From NCBI GenBank assembly GCA_036257835.1, contig DATAEU010000033.1, positions 1,198-65,197 on the forward strand: 64,000 nucleotides of DNA, in the 5' to 3' direction. The translations under genes were made by a program, and so were the position numbers. Source of the DNA: Actinomycetota bacterium. Lineage in GTDB: Bacteria; Actinomycetota; UBA4738; HRBIN12. The stretch's first letter is position 1. Each line of letters starts with the position of its first letter. Under the pieces are notes generated by a model. That model searched no databases. It saw only the letters and a program-made list of their open reading frames with translations, and had not been told where the DNA came from. Shown one piece after another: positions 1 through 9,480 of the stretch.

Positions 1-524
1 GGTCGAACGCGACCACTCGGTCCGTGAGGACGCCGCGGCCCGGGGGCTCGGTGGCTTCCGGCGGTCCGGCCGCGGCCGGCGAGGCGGTGACCGTCCCAGA
101 GAGCGCCGACAGTGCGATCGCGCCGGCGATCCCCGCGCCGAGCGACGGGACGGCCCACCCGATCGATGCGTCCGGCCGCGTGAGCGCCGAGAGCACGCCG
201 AGGCCCGCAGCCGCGGCGACGACGGCGATGCCGGCCCGCGGTCGCCGCATCGCCAGCGGGCCGAGCGCAAGCGCCAGCGCCACCAGTACGACGAGGATCC
301 CGGCGACGAGCACGTCCTTGTCGGCCGTGCCGAAGACGCGGATCGCCCAGGATCTGAGCGCTTGTGGTGAGGCGTCGATCGCCGCCTGCCCGATCGCGAC
401 CACGGGTGAGGCGGCGGGTGTCGCGAACGCGGCGAGCAGCTGCCCGATGCCGAGCGCGACGAGGACGACCAGCGGCCCGGCCAGCCGGGGGAGCGCGGAG
501 GAGCGGGCAGCGGACGGAGACATG
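1..524 (-). CDS. Membrane protein, N-terminal part only; the gene runs off the window start (start codon near 524)
   Basis: Reverse strand from ATG at 522-524 reads MSPSAARSSALPRLAGPLVVLVALGIG..., with several hydrophobic helices. It is absent from the ORF track because it is unterminated. Function unknown. Confidence 0.35.
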
Positions 525-583
525 TCGATCCGGTCTTCCGACGAGTCTGATCCGTTTCGCACCTTCCTATACTCCGGCCCGCG

Positions 584-2068
584 ATGCTGGACGCCTATGC
601 GTGGCCGCAGAGCGTGGGTGCGGGGGAGGAGGTCCCGCTCCACGTCTCGACCGATCGCGGCCCGGTCGACGTCGAGGTGGCTCGCGAGGGCGCCGAGCGC
701 AGGGTCGTCTGGTCTCGGACGGGGATCGTCGCCGAGGCGCACGCCGTCCCCGAGGGCGCATCGGCCGACGGGTGCGGATGGCCGACCGCGTTGTCGATCC
801 CGACGGACGCCGGCTGGCGGTCCGGCTACTACTCCGTGGTGCTCCGCGCGCGCGACGAGACCGCAGACGCCTTCTTCGTCGTCCGGCCCGGGATCCGGCG
901 GAGCCCGATCGTGCTGGTGCTCTCGACGACGACGTACAACGCCTACAACGACTGGGGCGGCCCGTCCCTCTACACCGGCGGCACGCGGGTGTCGTTCGAA
1001 CGGCCGCTCGCGCGCGGGTTGCTCAGCAAGCCGGAGCCCGAGCGCCGAAAGATGCAGCCGCGCCTCGACCGCGAGGCGCTGTGGTTCTTCGAGTGGGCGG
1101 AGCCGCTCGGCCTGTCCGTGTGGAGCGGCGGCGCCGGCTGGTGGAACTGGGAGCGTCGGTTCGTCGCCTGGGCCGAGCGCGAGGGGTTCGAGCTCGACGT
1201 CGCGGTGAGCCAGGACCTCGAGCGCCGCTCCGACGTCCTCGACGGACACCGGCTGTTCGTGTGCGTCGGCCACGACGAATACTGGTCGTGGGGCATGCGC
1301 GACGCCCTCGACGCGTTCGTCGACGCCGGCGGGAACGCCGCGATCCTCGGCGGCAACACGTGTTTCTGGCAAATCCGGTTCGAGGACGAGGCGCGCGCGA
1401 TCACGTCGTTCAAGTACCTGGCCGACGAGGACCCCGTCGTCGGAACCCCCGACGAGCGGTTCGTTACTGGAGCGTGGTCCGACCGGCGGATCGGCCGGCC
1501 GGAGACGTCGACGACGGGGCTGACGTTCACACGCGGCGGGTACTCGCGCTACGGCCTCGGCGTGCCGAACGCGTCGGGGGCGTACACGGTGTGGCGCCCG
1601 GAGCATTGGGCGTTCGAGGGTACCGACCTCCACTACGGCGACGCGCTCGGCCTCGCCGACACGATCGTCGCCTACGAGGTCGACGGGTGCGAGCTCGCGA
1701 TCGAGAACGGTCTCCCGGCGCCCACGCACGCCGACGGCGCACCGGCGTCACTCGAGATCCTCGCCACCGCGCCGGCGCGGCTGTGGCGGCAGGACGAACA
1801 GCCGTCGCGGTACGCGCACGAGGCGGGTGAGCTCGAGAACGCCGCCGCGGCGGTCTTCGGCGAGCGATGGCGCGAGGAGCTTCACCGGTTCGAGCACAAC
1901 CAGGCGTGCCTCGCCGTCTTCGAACGCCCCGGTGGGGGAACGGTGTTCAACGCGGGTGTGACGGATTGGGCGTACGGGCTCGGCGATCCCGCCGTGGCGC
2001 GGATCACCAGGAACGTGCTATCGCGCCTGTCCGGCAGGGCGGACGCGCCCGCGGCGGCATGGGGATAG
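584..2068 (+). CDS. N,N-dimethylformamidase beta-subunit-like protein
   Basis: 494-aa ORF. The LVLSTTTYNAYNDWGG block and downstream GHDEYWS motif recall the DmfA2-like family. No good RBS. Confidence 0.55.
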   Translation: MLDAYAWPQSVGAGEEVPLHVSTDRGPVDVEVAREGAERRVVWSRTGIVAEAHAVPEGASADGCGWPTALSIPTDAGWRSGYYSVVLRARDETADAFFVVRPGIRRSPIVLVLSTTTYNAYNDWGGPSLYTGGTRVSFERPLARGLLSKPEPERRKMQPRLDREALWFFEWAEPLGLSVWSGGAGWWNWERRFVAWAEREGFELDVAVSQDLERRSDVLDGHRLFVCVGHDEYWSWGMRDALDAFVDAGGNAAILGGNTCFWQIRFEDEARAITSFKYLADEDPVVGTPDERFVTGAWSDRRIGRPETSTTGLTFTRGGYSRYGLGVPNASGAYTVWRPEHWAFEGTDLHYGDALGLADTIVAYEVDGCELAIENGLPAPTHADGAPASLEILATAPARLWRQDEQPSRYAHEAGELENAAAAVFGERWREELHRFEHNQACLAVFERPGGGTVFNAGVTDWAYGLGDPAVARITRNVLSRLSGRADAPAAAWG

Positions 2069-2099
2069 CATCCCTGAACCGGAGGGTGGGAGGTCGAGC

Positions 2100-2333
2100 A
2101 TGGGCGAGGAGATCACCGGCACGCCGACGTTGTCCGACGAGGACATGACGACGGAGCTCGGCACGGCGACGGCCAGCACGGCGGAGCGCCAGCCCGGCGA
2201 CGGAACGGACGGCGACGCGACCGACAGCACCGACGGCGACGCCTCGGACGAAGACGCGACCGACAGCACCGACGGCGACAGCGGCGACGCCGACGGGACC
2301 GACGCCGGCGACAGCGACGGCACCGACCAGTAG
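2100..2333 (+). CDS. Small acidic low-complexity protein with D/G/T-rich repeats
   Basis: 77 aa with RBS GGAGGGTGGGAGG upstream of ATG. Contains the tandem peptide repeat DATDSTDGD, with a direct DNA repeat gcgaccgacagcaccgacggcgac occurring twice. Confidence 0.35.
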   Translation: MGEEITGTPTLSDEDMTTELGTATASTAERQPGDGTDGDATDSTDGDASDEDATDSTDGDSGDADGTDAGDSDGTDQ

Positions 2334-2340
2334 CCGAGCA

Positions 2341-3516
2341 GTGATCGAGGTTCGGTCGCCGGGCGCGCTCGAGCGGGCGACCGGCGACGCCGCGGCGTTC
2401 CTGCGCGACACGTGGGGCCGGCGCGCGGTATGGGCGGAGCGCGCCGACCCCGCCGGCTACGGTGACCTGCTGACGTTCGAGGACGTGGACCGGATCCTTT
2501 CGACGGCGTCCCTGCGGATCCCGACGTTCCGGCTCGTCAAGGCCGGCGAGGAGATTCCGGAATCGTCGTACACACGCTCGGGGACGACCGGATCCCGCCC
2601 GGTGACGGGGATGGCCGACGCGCCGCGGATCTTCGAACACTTCCGCCGGGGCGCGACGATCGTCCTGCAAGGGCTGCACCGCTACTGGGAGCCGGTGTCC
2701 GTGTTCGTCCGCGAGCTCGAGTTCGAGCTCGGGCACCCGTGCCAGGTGAACGCCTACGTCACGCCACCGGGCGCACAGGGTCTCACCCTGCACTCGGATG
2801 CGCACGACGTGTTCGTGCTGCAGGCGTTCGGCGGGAAGCACTGGGAGGTGCACGCAGCGCCGGGTGAGTCGTCGCGCGAGCCGATCCAGGCCGTCGTCAC
2901 GACGGGCGATGCGATCTACATGCCGACCGGCACGCCGCACGCCGCCTCGACGCAGGAGACGCTGTCCGGCCACCTCACCGTCGGCGTGCACGTCACGTCC
3001 TGGCGCGACGTGCTGACCGATGCGTGGAACCGGCTCGCGCGGGAGGGAACGCTCGACGCGCCGGTGCCCGCCGGGTGGCATCGTGACCCGGCCGCGTTCG
3101 GCGCCGAGCTGTCCGAGCGCCTCGCCGCCGCCGGTGGCGCACTCGGCGGGATCGACGCCGAGGAGACCGCGCGGCGCCGGGCAGACCGTTTCCTCCGCAC
3201 GCGGGCGCCCCTCGCCCACGGCGTCCTCGTCGATCAGCTCGCGGCCGGCGCGATCGACGACACGACCGTCGTCGTTCGGCGCCCCGGCTCGATCTGCGTC
3301 CTTCGGCCAGACGTGGGCCGGCTCCGGGTCCTGCTGGGCGATCGAATGATCGTCATGCCGGCCTGGCTCGAGCCGGCGATGCGGCGGATCGCGGCGACAC
3401 CGTGGTTCGCCGTCGGCGATCTGGCGCCCGACCTCTCCGACGCCGACACGCGCGCGGTGCTTGTTCGACGGCTGATCCGCGAGGGTCTGCTCTCGCTCGA
3501 CCGCTCGAACGGCTGA
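2341..3516 (+). CDS. JmjC/cupin-4 domain protein (ribosomal-oxygenase-like)
   Basis: 391 aa. The His/Asp facial-triad context (HSDAHDVFVLQ...G...H) is typical of the cupin_4/JmjC (YcfD/RoxA-like) fold. Confidence 0.6.
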   Translation: MIEVRSPGALERATGDAAAFLRDTWGRRAVWAERADPAGYGDLLTFEDVDRILSTASLRIPTFRLVKAGEEIPESSYTRSGTTGSRPVTGMADAPRIFEHFRRGATIVLQGLHRYWEPVSVFVRELEFELGHPCQVNAYVTPPGAQGLTLHSDAHDVFVLQAFGGKHWEVHAAPGESSREPIQAVVTTGDAIYMPTGTPHAASTQETLSGHLTVGVHVTSWRDVLTDAWNRLAREGTLDAPVPAGWHRDPAAFGAELSERLAAAGGALGGIDAEETARRRADRFLRTRAPLAHGVLVDQLAAGAIDDTTVVVRRPGSICVLRPDVGRLRVLLGDRMIVMPAWLEPAMRRIAATPWFAVGDLAPDLSDADTRAVLVRRLIREGLLSLDRSNG

Positions 3517-3528
3517 ACTGGGGAGCCG

Positions 3529-4419
3529 ATGGCGTCCCCGGATCGGTGCTCGGTCCGGGGCGAGGCGCGCCGCGAGCCGCTGCTCGGTACCGCCTCGACG
3601 GTGCGTCGCTGGCTGCTGCTCGAGCACGAGGGGCCCTGGGGCGAGCGCCCGCTGCTCGACGCGCGGCTGCCGGGCGGCCTCGGGCGTGAGCTCGCGCGGG
3701 TCGGGCGGCAGCTCGGGATCCGCGTGCTGCTGATCCGGCGCCCCGACCGCGACGTCGTCGGGTCCGGGACCTGCTTCGCGATCAGCTCCGGCCAGCCCGA
3801 GCCGTGGATCGAGCGCACCGTGCTCGCATCTCCGGCCGACGTCCTCGATCTTGACCTGCCGGCGCTCTCGCGGGGCGAGCGGCCCGGGCTCGAGCCCCGT
3901 GCCGGCCCGCTGTTCGCGGTCTGCACGCACGGCCGGCACGACCCGTGCTGTGCTGAGCGCGGCCGGCCCCTCGCGCAATGGCTCTCGGTCGCGCGCCCCG
4001 ACGAGACGTGGGAGTCGACCCACGTCGGGGGGGACCGCTTCGCCGCGAACCTGCTGGCGTTCCCGTACGGCTGGTACTTCGGCCGGGTCGCCCCGGACGC
4101 CGGCTCGATCGTCGCCGACGCCTACGCCGACGGGCGGATCGACCTGCGCCACGCACGCGGGCGCTCGTGCTTCCCGATCCATGTCCAGGCGGCCGAGCTC
4201 TTCCTGCGCGTCGAGCGCCGGCTCGATGGCCTCGACGATGTGACCGTGCGCGGAACCCGGCGCTCGGGGACCGGCGTCACGGCGATGTTCGACACGGCGG
4301 CCGGCCGGTTCGAGGTTCGGCTTCGGCGATCGGCCGCGGAGCCGACCCGGCTCACCTGCCACGCCGCGGACGAGCGCGCGGCGCCGGCGTTCGACCTCGT
4401 CGCGATCGACCGCGCCTGA
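3529..4419 (+). CDS. Sucrase/ferredoxin-like family protein (thioredoxin-like fold)
   Basis: 296 aa. The FAVCTHGRHDPCC Cys cluster is the hallmark of the Suc_Fer-like family. Confidence 0.55.
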   Translation: MASPDRCSVRGEARREPLLGTASTVRRWLLLEHEGPWGERPLLDARLPGGLGRELARVGRQLGIRVLLIRRPDRDVVGSGTCFAISSGQPEPWIERTVLASPADVLDLDLPALSRGERPGLEPRAGPLFAVCTHGRHDPCCAERGRPLAQWLSVARPDETWESTHVGGDRFAANLLAFPYGWYFGRVAPDAGSIVADAYADGRIDLRHARGRSCFPIHVQAAELFLRVERRLDGLDDVTVRGTRRSGTGVTAMFDTAAGRFEVRLRRSAAEPTRLTCHAADERAAPAFDLVAIDRA

Positions 4420-4553
4420 ACCGGCTGCAGCCGAGGCGTCCCTGCCGGCGCGAGCCCTCCGGCCCTAACGACGTGTCGGGCGCTCGGCGAGCGTTGTCCG
4501 CGAGGGGACGGCCCGCCTCGATTGGCCGTCGCGCATCGCGCAGGAGGGACTGT

Positions 4554-7184
4554 ATGAGGATCAACCCCGAATCGATGGCCGCCGTCAGCAGCCGTCACCC
4601 GTGGCGGACGCTCGCCGCGTGGTTCGCGCTGATCGTGGCAATGGCGCTCGTCAGCGGCCGCCTGTTGAGCGGCGTGATGACCAACGACGTCCACTTCACG
4701 AACGATCCCGAATCGGTCCGCGCCCAGGACGTGATCGACGCGAAGTTCTCGGCGGGCGCTCCGAAGGACACCGAGTACCTCGTCGTCAGCTCGCACATCC
4801 AGAAGGCGTGGGACCCGTCGTACCCGGAGTTCGTCCAGGGCCTGAAGGGCGATGTCCAGCGGCTCGGCCCGGGCGTCATCGCAGGCCCCGTGTCGACGTA
4901 CGTCGACGCCGAGTCGCAGGCGAAGCTGCTCTACACGCCGGACGGCCAGGGTGTCCTCATCCTCGTGCAGCTCAGTGGGGATCGAGCGGCCACCGTCGAC
5001 CGCGTCGCCTCGGCCGCCGCTGCCGCGGCGCCCGACGGGTTCGTCGCGACGGCGATGCCGCTCGCGCAGCTGACCGCCGCCGCCCCCCGGGCGGCGGCCG
5101 CGATGGCCGCCAACCCGCCTGAGCTCATCGAGGTCGTGTCTTCACCGACGCTATGGGCCACCGATCCGGCGTTTCCGGACGCGACGAAGCGCGTCGAGAT
5201 CGCGATCACGAAGGCGGCCGGCGGATCGCTAGCCGCGCCGCCGTTCAGCGGGTTCGAGGCGTCGGCCCAGGCGACCACGCTCGTGTCCGCCGATTCGGGC
5301 ACGACGCTCGTTGCCGTACCGATCGTGGACATCACCGAGGACATCGTCACCAAGCTCCGCGACGTGGCGGCGCACGCGTCGAACGGGACATACACGGTCC
5401 AGGTGGCCGGCCAGGCCGCCCTCTACGCCGACTTCATGAAGCTGGCCGAGGAGGACATGCGGAAGTCCGAGAACATCGGGCTTGGCATCGCCCTGATCGT
5501 GCTGATCGTGGTGTTCGCATCGGTCGTCGCGGCGGTGCTTCCGATCGTGATGGGACTGTGTGCGATCGCGGTGGCTCTCGGCCTCGTCGCGCTGATCGGA
5601 CAGGTCTTCGAGTTCAACCTGTTCGTCTCGAACATCGTCACTATGATCGGCCTCGCCGTCGGCATCGACTACTCCTTGTTCATCGTGTCGCGCTACCGCG
5701 AGGAGCGGAAGAAGGGGTTCGAGAAGCTCGAGGCGATCCGTCGCTCGGGCGCGACCGCGAACCGAGCGGTCTTCTTCTCAGGGACGACCGTCGTGCTTGC
5801 GCTCTGTGGGATGCTGATCATCCCCGTCTCGATCTTCCGGAGCCTGGCGGGCGGCGCGATCATCGTGACGATCGTATCGATCGCGGCCTCGATGACGCTG
5901 CTGCCGGCGATCCTGTCGCTGCTCGGCGACCGGGTGAACTGGCCGCGACTCGCCAAGCGAGCGCGCGTCGACGCCGGCTACGATCCGCAGGGGGGCTTCT
6001 GGGACCGGATGACGCGCTCGGTCATGGCCCGGCCGGTCGTGTACCTGCTGGCGAGCGTCCTCGTCCTCGGCGGCCTCGGCTCGTTCTACTTCCAGCTGCA
6101 CCGCGGGACGAACCAGAGCGTGAGCCAGCTGCCCTCCGATTTCCCGTCCCGGCAGGCGTTCCTGACGCTGGTGCGCGAGTTCGACGCCGGCGGGGTGACG
6201 GATCCCGCCCGGATCATCGTCACGGGCAACGTCGATCAACCCGCGACGCGCCGGGCGATCGCATCGCTGCGCGGCGCGCTCGCTAGGGACCACGCGTTCT
6301 CGCCGTTCACGGTCGTCGAACCGTCCGAGGACGGAACCGCGTACATGATCACCGCGTACTTCCGCGGCGACACCATGACCGACCCGGCGTTCCAGACGAT
6401 CCGGGACCTGCGTTCGACGATCGTGCCGGCGGCGTTCGCCGGTGTGTCGGGCGTCTCGGTGCTGGTCGGCGGAAACACCGCCTTCTTCACGGACTTCCTC
6501 AAGATCGCCGACGACTACCAGTGGATCGTGCTGGCGTTCGTCCTCACGCTCTCGTTCATCCTGCTCACGATCGTCTTCCGGTCGATCGTCGTTCCCATCA
6601 AGGCGATCATCATGAACCTGCTGTCGGTCGCCGCCGCGTACGGCGCGGTCACTCTCGTCTTCCAGAAGGGCGTCGGGATCGGGGTGTTCAACGCGGTGGG
6701 CTTCAACTTCAAGAAGGCCGATGCGATCGAGGCGTGGCTGCCGTTGTTCCTGTTCTCGATCCTGTTCGGCCTGTCGATGGACTACCACGTGTTCCTGCTG
6801 ACACGGATCCGCGAGCAGTACGACAAGAGCCACGACAACGCCGAGGCGGTCGCCTACGGCCTGCGAACCACTGCCGGCATCATCACCGGCGCCGCGCTGA
6901 TCATGTGCGCCGTGTTCGTCGCGTTCGCGATGGGCCGGATGGGGCAGTTCCAGCAGATGGGATTCGGGCTGGCCGTCGCCGTGTTTGTCGACGCCACGAT
7001 CGTGCGAACCGTGCTGGTGCCGTCGACCATGCGGTTGCTCGGCGACGTCAACTGGTACCTGCCGAGGTGGTTGCGGTGGGTCCCCGAGCTCCACGTCGAG
7101 GGCGGCGAGGAGCCGCCGGCCCTGCTCACCGCGCCGTTCCCGACGCCCGCCGTGGCGACGCGCTCACCCGCCGCCGAGGACTGA
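4554..7184 (+). CDS. MMPL family RND-type transporter
   Basis: ATG at 4554 is preceded by AGGAGGGA. About 876 aa with two 6-TM bundles and large loops, and the GIDYSLF and GLSMDYHVFLL motifs typical of MmpL. Confidence 0.85.
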   Translation: MRINPESMAAVSSRHPWRTLAAWFALIVAMALVSGRLLSGVMTNDVHFTNDPESVRAQDVIDAKFSAGAPKDTEYLVVSSHIQKAWDPSYPEFVQGLKGDVQRLGPGVIAGPVSTYVDAESQAKLLYTPDGQGVLILVQLSGDRAATVDRVASAAAAAAPDGFVATAMPLAQLTAAAPRAAAAMAANPPELIEVVSSPTLWATDPAFPDATKRVEIAITKAAGGSLAAPPFSGFEASAQATTLVSADSGTTLVAVPIVDITEDIVTKLRDVAAHASNGTYTVQVAGQAALYADFMKLAEEDMRKSENIGLGIALIVLIVVFASVVAAVLPIVMGLCAIAVALGLVALIGQVFEFNLFVSNIVTMIGLAVGIDYSLFIVSRYREERKKGFEKLEAIRRSGATANRAVFFSGTTVVLALCGMLIIPVSIFRSLAGGAIIVTIVSIAASMTLLPAILSLLGDRVNWPRLAKRARVDAGYDPQGGFWDRMTRSVMARPVVYLLASVLVLGGLGSFYFQLHRGTNQSVSQLPSDFPSRQAFLTLVREFDAGGVTDPARIIVTGNVDQPATRRAIASLRGALARDHAFSPFTVVEPSEDGTAYMITAYFRGDTMTDPAFQTIRDLRSTIVPAAFAGVSGVSVLVGGNTAFFTDFLKIADDYQWIVLAFVLTLSFILLTIVFRSIVVPIKAIIMNLLSVAAAYGAVTLVFQKGVGIGVFNAVGFNFKKADAIEAWLPLFLFSILFGLSMDYHVFLLTRIREQYDKSHDNAEAVAYGLRTTAGIITGAALIMCAVFVAFAMGRMGQFQQMGFGLAVAVFVDATIVRTVLVPSTMRLLGDVNWYLPRWLRWVPELHVEGGEEPPALLTAPFPTPAVATRSPAAED

Positions 7185-7204
7185 GCGAAGACCAGGAGCG
7201 AGGA

Positions 7205-7230
7205 GATGCCCGCCGGTTCCGGCGGGCATC
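7205..7230. terminator. GC-rich hairpin between convergent genes, likely a bidirectional intrinsic terminator
   Basis: GATGCCCGCCGG-TT-CCGGCGGGCATC is a perfect 12-bp stem just downstream of the MMPL stop, followed by tcgctgtt. Confidence 0.45.
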
Positions 7231-7419
7231 TCGCTGTTCAGGTTCCAGCCGGGGCAGTGGCGTAGCCGATCCCGCCGTGGCGTTGATTCCCCGGTCGCGG
7301 ACGGGATGGTAGGCGTCCGGGGGCGGAAGTCCCAGCACCTCGGCGACTTCTCGACCCTGCGCCGCAACGCATACCCGCGTCGGCATCCCCGCGTCGGCAT
7401 CGCCGGGAACGGCGCCACG

Positions 7420-8070
7420 TCAGGCCGAGCGGTCCTCGATCTCCCAGGCGTGGTCGAGCGCGTGCCACGCGACGCGGCGGACGAAGTACCGCGGCACCCA
7501 GCGCTTGCCGCCCCGCGGTCCGCGCTCCTCGACGCCGTGACGGACGGCGGACTCGAGCGCGTGGACGACGGCAGCGCGGACGACCTGCGTATCGGCGCCG
7601 GACGGTGCCTTCCACGCCAGGCGTGCCAGGTAGCCGCCCTCGGCGTCGCGGACGTGGTCGAGGATCGCCGGGAGGGACCGGCCGCCGCCGCGCGGTCCCG
7701 TCGCGAGCTCCCTGCCACGCGCGGACCCGGCCGCCGCATCCAACGCGCGCCAAGACGCGCGGAGCAGCGAGATCAGCCGCTTGAGCTCCGAATCATCGAT
7801 CGGCTCGGAGTCCCCCGGCGCCGGAACCTCCGGGACGCCGAAGTCGGTTCCGGACGCTCCGGCGACGCGCCGGACGACGACGAGGTCATCGGCGTCCCTC
7901 GGCGTCCGGAACCCGAGCCGTGAGCGGGCCACCACGCGCGCGTACCGAGGCCCGTACGCCGCCAGGTTCTCGAGGGCGACGCGTTCGTCCCGTCCCGCCC
8001 GCGCGTAGCCGGGCCAGTCGATGGCACCGGCAAAGACGCGCTTCGACCCCTTCTCGACGTAGACGTCCAT
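7420..8070 (-). CDS. Hypothetical protein
   Basis: Internal Met start MDVYVEKGSK... within the ORF 7420..8196. No recognised family. The C-terminal HALDHAWEIED is only vaguely DinB-like. Confidence 0.45.
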   Translation of the reverse strand: MDVYVEKGSKRVFAGAIDWPGYARAGRDERVALENLAAYGPRYARVVARSRLGFRTPRDADDLVVVRRVAGASGTDFGVPEVPAPGDSEPIDDSELKRLISLLRASWRALDAAAGSARGRELATGPRGGGRSLPAILDHVRDAEGGYLARLAWKAPSGADTQVVRAAVVHALESAVRHGVEERGPRGGKRWVPRYFVRRVAWHALDHAWEIEDRSA

Positions 8071-8214
8071 CAACCCTTCGCCGCGGTTGACGCGGGCTCC
8101 ATGGCGCGAGTGTAGGCACCGGCACAAGCCGCCAACGCCGTCGCCGCTCCGGGCCCGTCGATCGGTGTTCGGGCGAGGTCGTCGACCGTTACGCACGCAC
8201 CGATGGTGGCGGCG

Positions 8215-8892
8215 TCAGCGCCGCGCGCCGACGAGCTGCAGCAGGCGGTCAAACGGCAGCTCGTCGAGCGAGCGCACGAGCACGTCGGCCGCCGAGAGGT
8301 CGAGCGTCGCGGTCACGTCGTTGGGCGCGGCGACGCAGAAGACCCCCGCCGCCTTCGCGGCCGCGACGCCGTTCGGCGAGTCCTCGATCGCGACGGCGGA
8401 TGCCGCGCCGACGCCGAGCGCCGCGAGCGCCTCGAGATACAGGGCCGGGTTCGGCTTGGCCCGCGTCTCGTCGCCGTCGGCGGTCAGGACGGCGTCCCAC
8501 ACGTCCCGGATGCCGAGCCGCATGATGTGCCGGTCCACCCACGCCCGGTCGTTGCTGGTGACGATCCCAAGCGCGATCTCCCGTCGTCGCGCCTCGTCGA
8601 TGTAGGTGCCGACCCCCGGGCGGAGCGGCGGGTCGCCGGCCGACGCGATGTCCTCCCACGAGCGCCCGGCGAGGACCTCCTCGTCGATCTCGCGGCCGAG
8701 CCGCGCCTCCAGCTCCTCGACCGGATCGAACCCGCCGAGCGTTCCGATCCCGCTCGCCCACTCGTCGAGGCGCAGCCGGTGGCCGTGGGCCTCGAAGAGG
8801 GCGCGGTAGGCGTCGAACACCGCGGTCTCCGAGTCCATGATCGTGCCGTCGAAGTCGAACAACAGCGCCGCGACCCTCGTTGTCCCGAACAT
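8215..8892 (-). CDS. HAD superfamily hydrolase (beta-phosphoglucomutase/phosphatase-like)
   Basis: Start MFGTTRVAALLFDFDGTIMDS carries the DxDGT motif I, with downstream HAD motifs (KPNP, EDSPNG). Confidence 0.8.
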   Translation of the reverse strand: MFGTTRVAALLFDFDGTIMDSETAVFDAYRALFEAHGHRLRLDEWASGIGTLGGFDPVEELEARLGREIDEEVLAGRSWEDIASAGDPPLRPGVGTYIDEARRREIALGIVTSNDRAWVDRHIMRLGIRDVWDAVLTADGDETRAKPNPALYLEALAALGVGAASAVAIEDSPNGVAAAKAAGVFCVAAPNDVTATLDLSAADVLVRSLDELPFDRLLQLVGARR

Positions 8893-8953
8893 CGGCGAGA
8901 CGCTACCGTTCGACGAGCACCGGTGACCGCGCCGGTGGCGAAGGGGGGCAGTC

Positions 8954-9469
8954 GTGTCGCAGCAGGGGATGAAGATGACCGCAGGCGGCGTCGTGGCGGC
9001 GGCGGTCACCGCCGACCGGAACGGATCGCGAGCCCGAGCGCGTCGTCGCCGAGCGGCGCTGCCGCTGCTCGAGGGCGTTCCGCTCTTCGCGCACCTGCCG
9101 AAGCGCCACCTCCGCCGGATCGCCGCGCTGTCCGACGAGGTCCGGCTGCGCGACGGGCGCGTGATCGTCGAGGCGGGGACGCCCGGGACGACGTTCTTCG
9201 TCCTGGCCGAGGGGGGCGCCAAGGTCTACCGATCGAAGATCGCGACCGGGCGGGCGATCGCTCGCCTCGGCCCCGGGGACTTCTTCGGCGAGATGGCGCT
9301 GCTCGACGGCGGGCCGCGCTCCGCGACCGTCGTCGCGGACGGCGACGTCGTGGCCCTGCGGCTGTCGCGGTCGGCGTTCCGCAAGATGGTCGAGCGCGAG
9401 CCGTCACTGTCGCTCTCGATCATGGCGGAGCTCGCCGCGCGGCTCCGGCGCGGGACGGCGACGGAGTAG
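8954..9469 (+). CDS. Cyclic nucleotide-binding domain protein
   Basis: GTG start after GAAGGGGGG. The FGEMALLDGGPRSATVVA cNMP-binding signature is present. Confidence 0.75.
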   Translation: MSQQGMKMTAGGVVAAAVTADRNGSRARARRRRAALPLLEGVPLFAHLPKRHLRRIAALSDEVRLRDGRVIVEAGTPGTTFFVLAEGGAKVYRSKIATGRAIARLGPGDFFGEMALLDGGPRSATVVADGDVVALRLSRSAFRKMVEREPSLSLSIMAELAARLRRGTATE

Positions 9470-9480
9470 TCACGCCCGGC

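Noticed and set aside
24-1208. 394-aa plus-strand ORF at the window start
   Set aside because: It is antisense to the partial membrane-protein gene and overlaps the dimethylformamidase-like gene. Its translation is Ala/Ser/Pro/Arg low-complexity.
2113-4362. 749-aa minus-strand ORF overlapping the cupin and Suc_Fer-like genes
   Set aside because: Its Arg/Pro/Ala-rich low-complexity translation is typical of antisense-frame ORFs in GC-rich DNA. The plus-strand genes have recognisable motifs.
5778-7094. 438-aa minus-strand ORF and several 150-380-aa ORFs inside the MMPL gene
   Set aside because: They are antisense or out of frame relative to a well-supported MMPL transporter, and their translations are low-complexity R/D/H/G-rich.
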